From positions 1 to 54,488 of the forward strand of contig CALLAG010000197.1 in NCBI GenBank assembly GCA_938002705.1: a stretch of DNA of 54,488 bases, read 5' to 3'. A program made the position numbers and the translations under genes. The first letter of the stretch is position 1. Every line of letters starts with the position of its first letter. A model generated the notes under the pieces. That model was not told the DNA's origin. It was given only the letters and a program-made list of their open reading frames with translations, and ran no database searches. Positions 1 to 8,463 of this stretch are shown piece by piece. The DNA is from an uncultured Saprospiraceae bacterium. Its GTDB lineage: Bacteria; Bacteroidota; Bacteroidia; Chitinophagales; Saprospiraceae.

Positions 1-358
1 TGGACATAGACAAGGCGAGAAGAGGGATTATAGCCTTCGCTAAATGACTGATGAACAACGCAGTATATGTTCATTATATTCGCTTAAGAAAATTTCAATT
101 TTCTGTTCAGCCAAGAATGTAGTAGATAGAGGTACCCTAAATGTAGTTTTAATTTTTCCGGAATGATTAAGATAGATGTGACGCTCATTAAGCATTAGGC
201 GTTTTGAGAGCTTATAATTCTTACACGTAAGAGCTGACTGCGATAGTCATTTTGAACAATTTTAAGAATTGTGAGTATTTCTGATACTTTTGATACCGTA
301 TTCTATAATTACTTACATAATATCTGTTGCATAATAGCCAATAGGTTTCTTTACAATT

Positions 359-3025
359 TTGAACTTAGAAACAAATAATAATAAATCCTTTATATATAAG
401 GCCTTAGATAATTTCCTCACTCAGAAGTTAGCATTAAAGAAAGGAGAGCGTCTATTAGTGTTCTTACTGCAAGTATGCATATGCTTGATAGTAACTGTAT
501 TGCTGATACTTAAGCCATTGTTCTCAGGGATGATGCTTTCTGCTTATAGTGTGGCCATCATGCCATTGGCATATATTCTGATTGCAATTTTTGCAGTGGT
601 GATACATTTTCTGATAAGTGCCCTACAGAGCGATAAGCCATTGTTCCGATCTATATTAATCAATCAATGGATACATGTATCAGCATTATTAGGGATAGGT
701 ATAGTGGTGAGTAATGCTGTCGTTCCTCATTGGATGACAGTAGTTCTATATGTCTATGCTTCTCTATATGCTGTTGTGACAGTATCATATTTCTATCAGT
801 ATTGCCAGTCTATTCTAACCATACGAGATGCTAAGAGGCTGTATGGATATATCGGTGCAGGAGCGATAGCAGGAGGTATCATAGGAGGCTATCTTACTAA
901 TGCTCTTATAGATATAATAGATAAGAGTGGCTTGCTCTATCTCAGTGCTATTTTCTTGATAATTACTTGTGCAATATATTATTACATCGACAGATTAGAT
1001 TCTGAAGACTTAGAGCTTGACTTTGCTCGTCGTCCTAAGGGATTGATAGTTCCTCATGCACTTTCATTACTTAAGAACAGACACATTTTTAATATCGCTA
1101 TGCTGATGGGCTTAGGTGTCGTAGTGAGTAGATTGGTAGATTATCAGTTCAGTTATCTGGCATTAGAGCATGTAGCCAGTAGTAATGATTTAGCCTCATT
1201 TTTTGGATTTTGGTTTTCTACTATTAATGTGATAGGGTTTATCATTCAGTTATTTGTAGTGCATATTGTAGTAGAGCGTTTTGGCATTACATATAGTTTA
1301 TTGAGTATGCCAGTATTGTTATTGCTCGGGCTATTTTTTCTGATCTTTTTTCCAGTTTTATTCTTTGGTATTTTGGTTAAGTCATTTGACGGAAGTCTTA
1401 AGCAGAGTATCTACAAGACAGGTACAGAGTTAGTCATCATGCCCCTGAGCCCTAGTCTGAGACGTAAGGCTAAGACCTTTATAGATGTAGTAGTAGATAG
1501 TCTTGCTACGGGTTTTGCTGGATTTCTAATATATTCATTCAGTAATCTGATGGGGCTTTCATTTATGAAGATTAATGCACTTACAGTTATGACGTGTTGT
1601 GTTTGGATATTCTTCATCATACGTTCTTCTAAGAGTTATAATAAAGTCTTATTTAATCAAATAGAAGTCGACCAGAAATCCGTTAAGTCTAATCCTAAAT
1701 TAACCAATGTCCAATATGTCAAGAATTACATTAATGATCAACGGTCCGCTGGACAGAGTGTAAGAGATGCATTGAAGAGCTTAATGATACACGATAATCA
1801 TAATATACGTGTACTTGCATTGAGGGAGTATGGCCGCCGTTATTATGATAGTGATCGAGCTACAGTATATGAGATGACTAATTCTGATAATAGTGCATTG
1901 CAAGCTGAAGCTTATCGTGTAATCCTGAGTTGGTCTAAGACGCCAGAATCTATAGACAAGTTATATAGAACTACTAAGTTGAATAACCAGCCATATCTAC
2001 TATCAGCGTTAGCTGATACGTTGCACTACAAGGTTCAGATTAAGAAGTATGGGGTACATAGTAAAATCCTCAAAACTTATAGATCATTAACAGATAGCTT
2101 GTATGATAACTATACTCCTATGTCTGAAGGTATCAACCACTTATTTAGAGCAGCCGTCGTATCAAGGTGTATAGAGATCTATCCTGTCATCGAGTCTGAG
2201 TTGTCTTCTAATCTTTCTCCAGCATATCAGAAAGCATCTCTTGATGCGATAGCCTATGGCGCAGATCCATATTTCTTTGATCGATTACTTATCGAGAATG
2301 TACATGTCGGTAATAATGAATCTTACTATAAATGTCTTGCCACCTTTCCTTCTCGACTACTCGCTAAGCTAAAGGCTAACTTGGATAATCCAAATGTGTT
2401 ATTGAGGTATCTACCAGCATGTAGTTACATGGATAATCAGAAGACGGTTAATTTCTTATTCCAACTACTTGATCATAAGAATATAAGGACAAGAAGAAAG
2501 GCTTTGTATATGATTAATTACCTGAAGAGGAATTTTGATTATCTCAATTATAGTAATATAAAGAGTAAATCTAAACTGATTTCGGAAGTAAAATACCTTA
2601 AGAAATTGATGGGTAGTAGCTATGTGTTTTCAAACTTAAAAGTACAAAATCTCAGTGCTCAGGGAGTGAGTAGAGGTCTAAGCAGAGAGATTAATAGTTC
2701 TCTTGTCCGTATATTTATCTTCATAGGATTAATCACTGAGCGAGATGATATGCACTTAATATATAGTGCTATTAAGAGTAAGAGACAGAATTCGGCTTTG
2801 GATATATTAGACAGTGTGCTTCCTTATAGACTGAGAAAAGTTCTTGTCCCTATTATAGAAATTGTCGTTGCTAAAAATTGGACATTAGAGGATCTAAGAA
2901 ATCAAAAAATTAAAATTCCTTCTAATAAAAAAGCTTTCAAATTTGTCAGATCTATACGGGATACGAACCTGAATGTAGCTATCAATGCTTACTTAAAAAA
3001 TAAAGAAGAAGTCGAGCTTGTCTAA
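359..3025 (+). CDS. TLC/Npt-like (MFS-related) multi-pass transporter fused to a C-terminal HEAT-repeat domain
   Basis: 888-aa ORF. The track start is TTG 359, so the true start is uncertain. The N-terminal ~440 aa has about 11-12 hydrophobic helices and the motif RDAKRLYGYIGAGAIAGGIIGGY, reminiscent of ATP/ADP-translocase-like Npt1/Npt2 carriers. The C-terminal ~440 aa is soluble with HEAT-like repeats (HDNHNIRVLALREYG, LDHKNIRTRRKALYMINYL). Confidence 0.6.
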   Translation: MNLETNNNKSFIYKALDNFLTQKLALKKGERLLVFLLQVCICLIVTVLLILKPLFSGMMLSAYSVAIMPLAYILIAIFAVVIHFLISALQSDKPLFRSILINQWIHVSALLGIGIVVSNAVVPHWMTVVLYVYASLYAVVTVSYFYQYCQSILTIRDAKRLYGYIGAGAIAGGIIGGYLTNALIDIIDKSGLLYLSAIFLIITCAIYYYIDRLDSEDLELDFARRPKGLIVPHALSLLKNRHIFNIAMLMGLGVVVSRLVDYQFSYLALEHVASSNDLASFFGFWFSTINVIGFIIQLFVVHIVVERFGITYSLLSMPVLLLLGLFFLIFFPVLFFGILVKSFDGSLKQSIYKTGTELVIMPLSPSLRRKAKTFIDVVVDSLATGFAGFLIYSFSNLMGLSFMKINALTVMTCCVWIFFIIRSSKSYNKVLFNQIEVDQKSVKSNPKLTNVQYVKNYINDQRSAGQSVRDALKSLMIHDNHNIRVLALREYGRRYYDSDRATVYEMTNSDNSALQAEAYRVILSWSKTPESIDKLYRTTKLNNQPYLLSALADTLHYKVQIKKYGVHSKILKTYRSLTDSLYDNYTPMSEGINHLFRAAVVSRCIEIYPVIESELSSNLSPAYQKASLDAIAYGADPYFFDRLLIENVHVGNNESYYKCLATFPSRLLAKLKANLDNPNVLLRYLPACSYMDNQKTVNFLFQLLDHKNIRTRRKALYMINYLKRNFDYLNYSNIKSKSKLISEVKYLKKLMGSSYVFSNLKVQNLSAQGVSRGLSREINSSLVRIFIFIGLITERDDMHLIYSAIKSKRQNSALDILDSVLPYRLRKVLVPIIEIVVAKNWTLEDLRNQKIKIPSNKKAFKFVRSIRDTNLNVAINAYLKNKEEVELV

Positions 3026-3029
3026 AGTT

Positions 3030-4007
3030 CTAATCTTTCGTTGCTTCTTTCATGACAGGTCCAGTCTGATTGAGGGGAAACTTAGCAGGGTCTCTGTTAA
3101 GGCCTAGTGCAGATTCTGCAATTTTGATAAGATCACGGCATATCTTAGAGCCATTAGGATCTTCTATAAGTGCTACAAGGATATACTTACGATCGCCCTT
3201 GCCGTCTATGAGTACGCTATCAGAATGAAAATTTCTCCAAGAGCCAGATTTCCTATACATGATAATACCAGGCTCTAATTTCCTTAGCGTATTGACGAAC
3301 TTATGATTGATCTCAGGTTTGACAAGATATTTTTGCATCTCCTCATTGTATACACTGCTTACTAACTTGCCATAGGCGAGCATCGTATAGAATCGGCATA
3401 CTTGATGTACAGTAGCTCCGTGAGATATCCCAAATAATGGATCTGGCTTTCTAATGTCAGCTTTAGCATATTTTTTTCCTACCCATAATCCACCACCCTT
3501 TTTTTTATCATAGAGATTATAATAGTCATTCTGTAGTACAGTTGCTATAGTCTCCAGGCCTATACGTTCTATCACTCTTGTAGTGGCTTGGTTATTAGAT
3601 TTAGCAATCATAAGTCTCATGTCTTTTTTGAGAGCGTCATCATATGCTAATGTATTGTTCTTAACACACTCCATAGCTGCGAGTAGTACGGCTATCTTAG
3701 GGAGACTTGCAGAATACATCATATGATTACCATTGACAGTGGCATATCTGATGTTCTCTGGATCATGTAAGTCTACAAGCCCTACAGATAATCTTTTCTG
3801 GAGGATGAGATTGCGGTATACTTTATTCTTTGATATTCTATTAATGAGCTGATTCTGTAGATATACATCTACGGTATTCTCCAGTTCTACATACAACTCA
3901 GAGGGGTAAGGGTATGTCCCTGTATTAAATCTATATTGCGCATAGCATGACGATGATAGGGCAATAGCGCCTATAGAAATTATGACTATTTTTATGATAT
4001 TAGACAT
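3030..4007 (-). CDS. Exported beta-lactamase-fold (class A-like) serine hydrolase
   Basis: 325-aa ORF with a signal peptide (MSNIIKIVIISIGAIALSSSCYAQ). The penicillin-binding-fold motifs occur in the right order: S-x-x-K (SLPK), S-x-N (SNN), K-S-G (KSGSW). Confidence 0.7.
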   Translation of the reverse strand: MSNIIKIVIISIGAIALSSSCYAQYRFNTGTYPYPSELYVELENTVDVYLQNQLINRISKNKVYRNLILQKRLSVGLVDLHDPENIRYATVNGNHMMYSASLPKIAVLLAAMECVKNNTLAYDDALKKDMRLMIAKSNNQATTRVIERIGLETIATVLQNDYYNLYDKKKGGGLWVGKKYAKADIRKPDPLFGISHGATVHQVCRFYTMLAYGKLVSSVYNEEMQKYLVKPEINHKFVNTLRKLEPGIIMYRKSGSWRNFHSDSVLIDGKGDRKYILVALIEDPNGSKICRDLIKIAESALGLNRDPAKFPLNQTGPVMKEATKD

Positions 4008-4140
4008 CTTTCAAAGATAGATATAGTGAGTTATAATTACCGTTACAGTTTAGTTAATTTAACTAATTGTAAAGCGAACTTAATATTCTATCGCTAAGTT
4101 GTCCACTATATTAATCACGCTCAATCTAAGTTGTTTTATA

Positions 4141-7035
4141 ATGCAGATACATTCTTTTATACGTACACTATTAGTTGTCAGTGTGATGATAAGTTCCTAT
4201 AGTGGGATAGCTCAGCAGGTATCCAGAAGTCTGATATCAGAGTTTAAGGAAGATGTCAGAGGTCCATATAAAGATATCAAGTGGTTCTGTGATGATGGTA
4301 GTATAAGAGAAGCTCGCGATCCCTGTCCAGAGCCTATGGAAGGCGTCCAGCATGCACGATATAAAGATAATATTGTACAACTGGCAGAGAGGCATCATCT
4401 TTTTTTAGATCAGATACTAACTGGTACAGATCACAATATATTCTGGGATGAGAAGAATCAGAACAGTAGACTCAAGCAGTATCAGATAACTAATTTCCTA
4501 TATGCTGCAGATAACGGATGGATACTCGAGAAAGCTAAGTCCTACCGCGGGGCTAAGCAGGTAGAAGACGAACAGAAATGGGGTCAAGAATTCTTAGAGT
4601 GGCTCGTCAGTAGCGATAGCCGTATAAGAGAGAACTTCCTCCTTATCAGAATGGCTGCAGAAGATATCCCCCATGGAGAAGAAAGTAATGTCAGCCAGCG
4701 GGTCCGGGCCTATTCTAAATTGCTCGCTGACCTTGATCCAAAGTTTATGGATCTCAGAATCAAAATACATAACAACCCTGATAGGGCAGATATAGATAAT
4801 GTAGAGAAATGGACTACAACCCACGCGGACAGATTATCAAAGCAATCTAAGGAATATGCTACATCACTAATAGATGATATGAAAGTCATGTACAGGCCCT
4901 TCTCCACAGAAGATGTCAATGATTACTTAAGATATCTGCCTAAAGAATCTGATATATATTCTCATATCAAAACATTCAGCGATAATCATGCAGACAGCCC
5001 TGCTGCTCTCAGGAGTATAGAGATATGCGGACTACTTGCTAAGATCAGGTCTGACATCTATGACACTAAGTGGAGTGTAGCCAGAGTAAAGCTTATAGAT
5101 CTGAGTAATTATCTGGAGGATGTCCTCATGCACAGTATCGGAGACTGGGATAATAATACGATTACTGACATCAGAGATAATCTATGTTTTCTCACAGAAG
5201 CCGTCTATGGTTGTGGTTATATAGAACTGTGGGAGTACGAGAAATTACAGAATGATATGGGGTGGCTACATGGATCTCACGTCAGTGTAGAACATCTTAA
5301 TACCTACATATATAATACTCAGAAGATAGTGTTGTGGTCTACCCAGATGCTACAATCATTATATACTGAACCAGTTAATGAATTCAGAAATTTTGAGCCG
5401 CTGGTAGGAGGATTTGTAGATGACAAGATAAGATCTACTATTGTGTTAAGTGTAGGGCAGATCGTCTCTAGCCTGAAAGAAAAATTTAATACATATGCAG
5501 ATAGGACTTCAATCATTATGAATAAAAAAAACATAGCTGGTATACAAGGTCTTAATCCAGGCATAGCTAAAGGTATTATAGAAGTTGTATCTCAGTTACC
5601 TGAGAATGTAGATCTTGATGCAGATAAGATATACGCATTCGATAGGCCTCCTGCAGATCTTAAGCCTGTCGCTGGGATACTTAATGTACAAGAAGGTAAT
5701 CCTGTGAGTCATGTACAGTTGCTTGCTCGTAACCTAGCTATACCTAACGGTCTTATAAACTCAGAGCTGCTAGATTATCTTAAGAAATATGATGGCGAAG
5801 AAGTCTTCTATGCTGTCTCTCCCAAAGGAACAATAGTACTGAAGTTAGCCAAAGAAATGTCTAAGGAGGAGAGTAAGATATTTAAAAATAAAAATGAGGA
5901 TAAGAAGCGATTAACGATCAGTACTTCTAAGATAATACTACATCCTGATAGCCTTCTTGATATGTCTAAGATAGATGCCAGCTACAGTGGGATATGGTGT
6001 GGTCCCAAGGCCGCTAACCTCGGTCAGCTTAAGCAAATGTTTCCAGACAATGTTGTAGATGGATTTGTAATTCCTTTCGGTGTATTCAAGGATCATATGG
6101 AGCAAGATATACCTGGGATAGGAGAGAGTTACTGGACTTACCTCAAGCGTATATTCTCTAATGAGAAATTAATGTATGCTCAGGGATTAGATAGAAAAGA
6201 GATAGAATGTATCACACTACAAGAGCTTAACTACCTGCAAGAACTTATAGAGAAAATGCCTCTCAAAGATGGTTTTATCAAAAATATAGAATCTCACTTT
6301 AAGACAATTTTCTCTGCTGATATAGGACGTGTTCCTGTGTTTCTGAGAAGTGATACTAATATGGAGGATCTACCAGAATTTACGGGAGCAGGTCTGAATC
6401 TGACATTGTTTAATGTATTAGAAAGACAGAAAATATTAGATGGAATCAAGAAAGTATGGGCATCGCCATATACAGAAAGAAGTTATCAGTGGAGACAACA
6501 GTACCTTGATAATCCAGAAGATGTCTATCCCAGTATACTGATAATCCCGAGTGTAGACGTAGATAAGTCAGGTGTAATTATCACTAAGGGAGTCAGTAGT
6601 GGAGATGTAGATGCTATAAGTATATCATTCAGTAAAGGCGTAGGTGGTGCCGTAGAGGGACAATCCGCAGAGAGTTACGTCATACACAAGAGCGGCTACA
6701 TAGAGCTGATAAGTCCAGGTCGAGAGACAAAGTACAGAGTAATCCCACCTACAGGAGGATCTACTTTACGATATAATTCTCTAGACAGATCGGTACTTTC
6801 TGATACCGACCTCTTAAGTCTTAGAGATATGGCCACAAGTATAAGTGATAAGATGGATACGGTCAGCCCAGCTGGAGGTCCTTATGATATAGAATTAGGT
6901 ATAAAAGATGGGAAAATATGGTTATTCCAAGTTAGACCATTCGTAGAAAATAAAGAGGCTAATGCTTCTCTATATTTAGAATCACTAGACCCTAAGTTTG
7001 ACGATAAGCTAATACCGTTAGACGATACCAAATAG
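4141..7035 (+). CDS. PEP-utilising-family dikinase-like protein: unknown N-domain, then phosphohistidine swivel domain, then C-terminal PPDK_N ATP-grasp domain
   Basis: Track ORF is 4099..7035. The likely start is ATG 4141, giving MQIHSFIRTLLVVSVMISSYSGIAQQ, which looks like a signal peptide or anchor. The mid region matches the PEP-utilizer mobile His domain (GLNPGIAKG..., GNPVSHVQLLARNLAIPNG). The C-terminal ~400 aa matches the PPDK_N nucleotide-binding domain (GPKAANLGQL, FLRSDTNMEDLPEFTGAGLN, VWASPYTERSYQWR, DIELGIKDGKIWLFQVRPF). The first ~450 aa are unrecognised. Confidence 0.75.
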   Translation: MQIHSFIRTLLVVSVMISSYSGIAQQVSRSLISEFKEDVRGPYKDIKWFCDDGSIREARDPCPEPMEGVQHARYKDNIVQLAERHHLFLDQILTGTDHNIFWDEKNQNSRLKQYQITNFLYAADNGWILEKAKSYRGAKQVEDEQKWGQEFLEWLVSSDSRIRENFLLIRMAAEDIPHGEESNVSQRVRAYSKLLADLDPKFMDLRIKIHNNPDRADIDNVEKWTTTHADRLSKQSKEYATSLIDDMKVMYRPFSTEDVNDYLRYLPKESDIYSHIKTFSDNHADSPAALRSIEICGLLAKIRSDIYDTKWSVARVKLIDLSNYLEDVLMHSIGDWDNNTITDIRDNLCFLTEAVYGCGYIELWEYEKLQNDMGWLHGSHVSVEHLNTYIYNTQKIVLWSTQMLQSLYTEPVNEFRNFEPLVGGFVDDKIRSTIVLSVGQIVSSLKEKFNTYADRTSIIMNKKNIAGIQGLNPGIAKGIIEVVSQLPENVDLDADKIYAFDRPPADLKPVAGILNVQEGNPVSHVQLLARNLAIPNGLINSELLDYLKKYDGEEVFYAVSPKGTIVLKLAKEMSKEESKIFKNKNEDKKRLTISTSKIILHPDSLLDMSKIDASYSGIWCGPKAANLGQLKQMFPDNVVDGFVIPFGVFKDHMEQDIPGIGESYWTYLKRIFSNEKLMYAQGLDRKEIECITLQELNYLQELIEKMPLKDGFIKNIESHFKTIFSADIGRVPVFLRSDTNMEDLPEFTGAGLNLTLFNVLERQKILDGIKKVWASPYTERSYQWRQQYLDNPEDVYPSILIIPSVDVDKSGVIITKGVSSGDVDAISISFSKGVGGAVEGQSAESYVIHKSGYIELISPGRETKYRVIPPTGGSTLRYNSLDRSVLSDTDLLSLRDMATSISDKMDTVSPAGGPYDIELGIKDGKIWLFQVRPFVENKEANASLYLESLDPKFDDKLIPLDDTK

Positions 7036-7038
7036 AAA

Positions 7039-8289
7039 ATGATTATGAAAAGTCTACCAATAATAATTTTAATTTGCTTAAGTCAAAGCATCAATGCATA
7101 TCCCATCGATGGGTATAAATATACAGGAATAGAAAGGTTACTCTACCAGTGGAGGATATACCAAGACTCTGCTGTAGACTCTAAGCTTAAGAAAGGCGCT
7201 TTTCTTATGATGGATGACATTAAGTTGTCATTAGTAGGAAAGGACTACGACTGGTCTACGCCTAAAGATAAGACAGTGCAGAGAACTGTAGACGGTATCT
7301 TCAGATCTTTAGAGCCGCAATATAGCCTTAGTGTTATGGATATATCGTCACCAGATAATATTAGATATGCAGAAAAAAGGGAGGACGTCGGTTACCAACC
7401 AGGTAGCGTAGGTAAGTTAGCTATCACAGTAGCACTGTTCTACGAGTTGTCTCGAGTATATGACAATGATTGGGATAAGATACATGCAGTGCTATACACT
7501 AAGAAAGTGAAAGCAGGACCGTGGAGTATACCTAACCATCACACGGTTCCTTTCTATGATATAAAAAAAGATAAATATACTAAGCGTAAGATAGTCCCTA
7601 CTGATGAGTTTACTCTATACCAATGGTTAGACCATATGATGTCAGTGAGTAGTAATGCAGCTGCAAGTATATTAATGAGAGAAGCGATTCTTATACATAT
7701 AATGGATAAGAGATATGACTGCGCCAGTTATGGAGATATGGATGCCGTATTTGCAGATACTGATAAATCTATCTTGGCAGACTTGTCAGAAGATATAATG
7801 AATTGCCCACTAAGAGAACTAGGAATCGATGATGACGAATGGAGATTAGGAGGTTTTTTTACAAGAGGAGCAGAACCTTACGTACCTCGTCAAGGAGGCA
7901 GCACCGGTACTACCAGGGGCCTAATGAAATATATGCTTGCAATGGAACAAGGTAAGATTGTAAATGAGAGAGTATCCTTAGAGATCAAGCGATTAATGTA
8001 TCTCACTGATAGACGTATAAGGTATGCCAGTTCTCGTACAATAGCTGATGATGCTGTTTATTTTAAAAGTGGAAGTTTGTATAGTTTCAAGGATGAACCA
8101 GGATTTGTCAGAAAGCAATATGCTGGTAATAAATATAACTATATGAACAGTATCGCTATAATAGAAAAACAAGATAGTACGCAGAAGAAATATATGGTGG
8201 CTCTAATGAGTAATGTATTAAGAAAGAATAGTGTATCAGAGCACTATGGACTTGCAAGCCAGATAGATGGACTAATTATGAATGAATAA
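7039..8289 (+). CDS. Exported beta-lactamase-fold serine hydrolase (second copy, 416 aa)
   Basis: Signal peptide MIMKSLPIIILICLSQSINAYP. Motifs S-x-x-K (SVGK), S-x-N (SSN) and K-S-G (FKSGS) are present. It starts 4 nt after the stop of the upstream dikinase-like gene. Confidence 0.65.
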   Translation: MIMKSLPIIILICLSQSINAYPIDGYKYTGIERLLYQWRIYQDSAVDSKLKKGAFLMMDDIKLSLVGKDYDWSTPKDKTVQRTVDGIFRSLEPQYSLSVMDISSPDNIRYAEKREDVGYQPGSVGKLAITVALFYELSRVYDNDWDKIHAVLYTKKVKAGPWSIPNHHTVPFYDIKKDKYTKRKIVPTDEFTLYQWLDHMMSVSSNAAASILMREAILIHIMDKRYDCASYGDMDAVFADTDKSILADLSEDIMNCPLRELGIDDDEWRLGGFFTRGAEPYVPRQGGSTGTTRGLMKYMLAMEQGKIVNERVSLEIKRLMYLTDRRIRYASSRTIADDAVYFKSGSLYSFKDEPGFVRKQYAGNKYNYMNSIAIIEKQDSTQKKYMVALMSNVLRKNSVSEHYGLASQIDGLIMNE

Positions 8290-8463
8290 GAGCTTTCTTA
8301 TAAGCTTAAGTATATTTGTAATTACAACAGCATAGATATCGAGAATAAAGAGATTATAGCATTAAGTGATACCCTATACGAAGCATCAAGGTCCATCAGA
8401 GTACTTAGGTCTGTTAACTGGGGTTTAGAGGTTAAGAAGGATTTCTTTGCTCAAGATGCCCAA

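Noticed and set aside
40-195. 51-aa minus-strand ORF (MLNERHIYLNHSGKIKTTF...) in the left-edge non-coding region.
   Set aside because: It is too short, has no recognisable family, and sits at the window edge where context is missing.
3030-8289. Calling the two beta-lactamase-fold genes antibiotic-resistance beta-lactamases.
   Set aside because: The SxxK/SxN/KSG triad is shared by DD-peptidases, esterases and other serine hydrolases. Their size (416 aa for one copy) and genomic context argue against a simple class A beta-lactamase, and the sequence alone cannot establish substrate.
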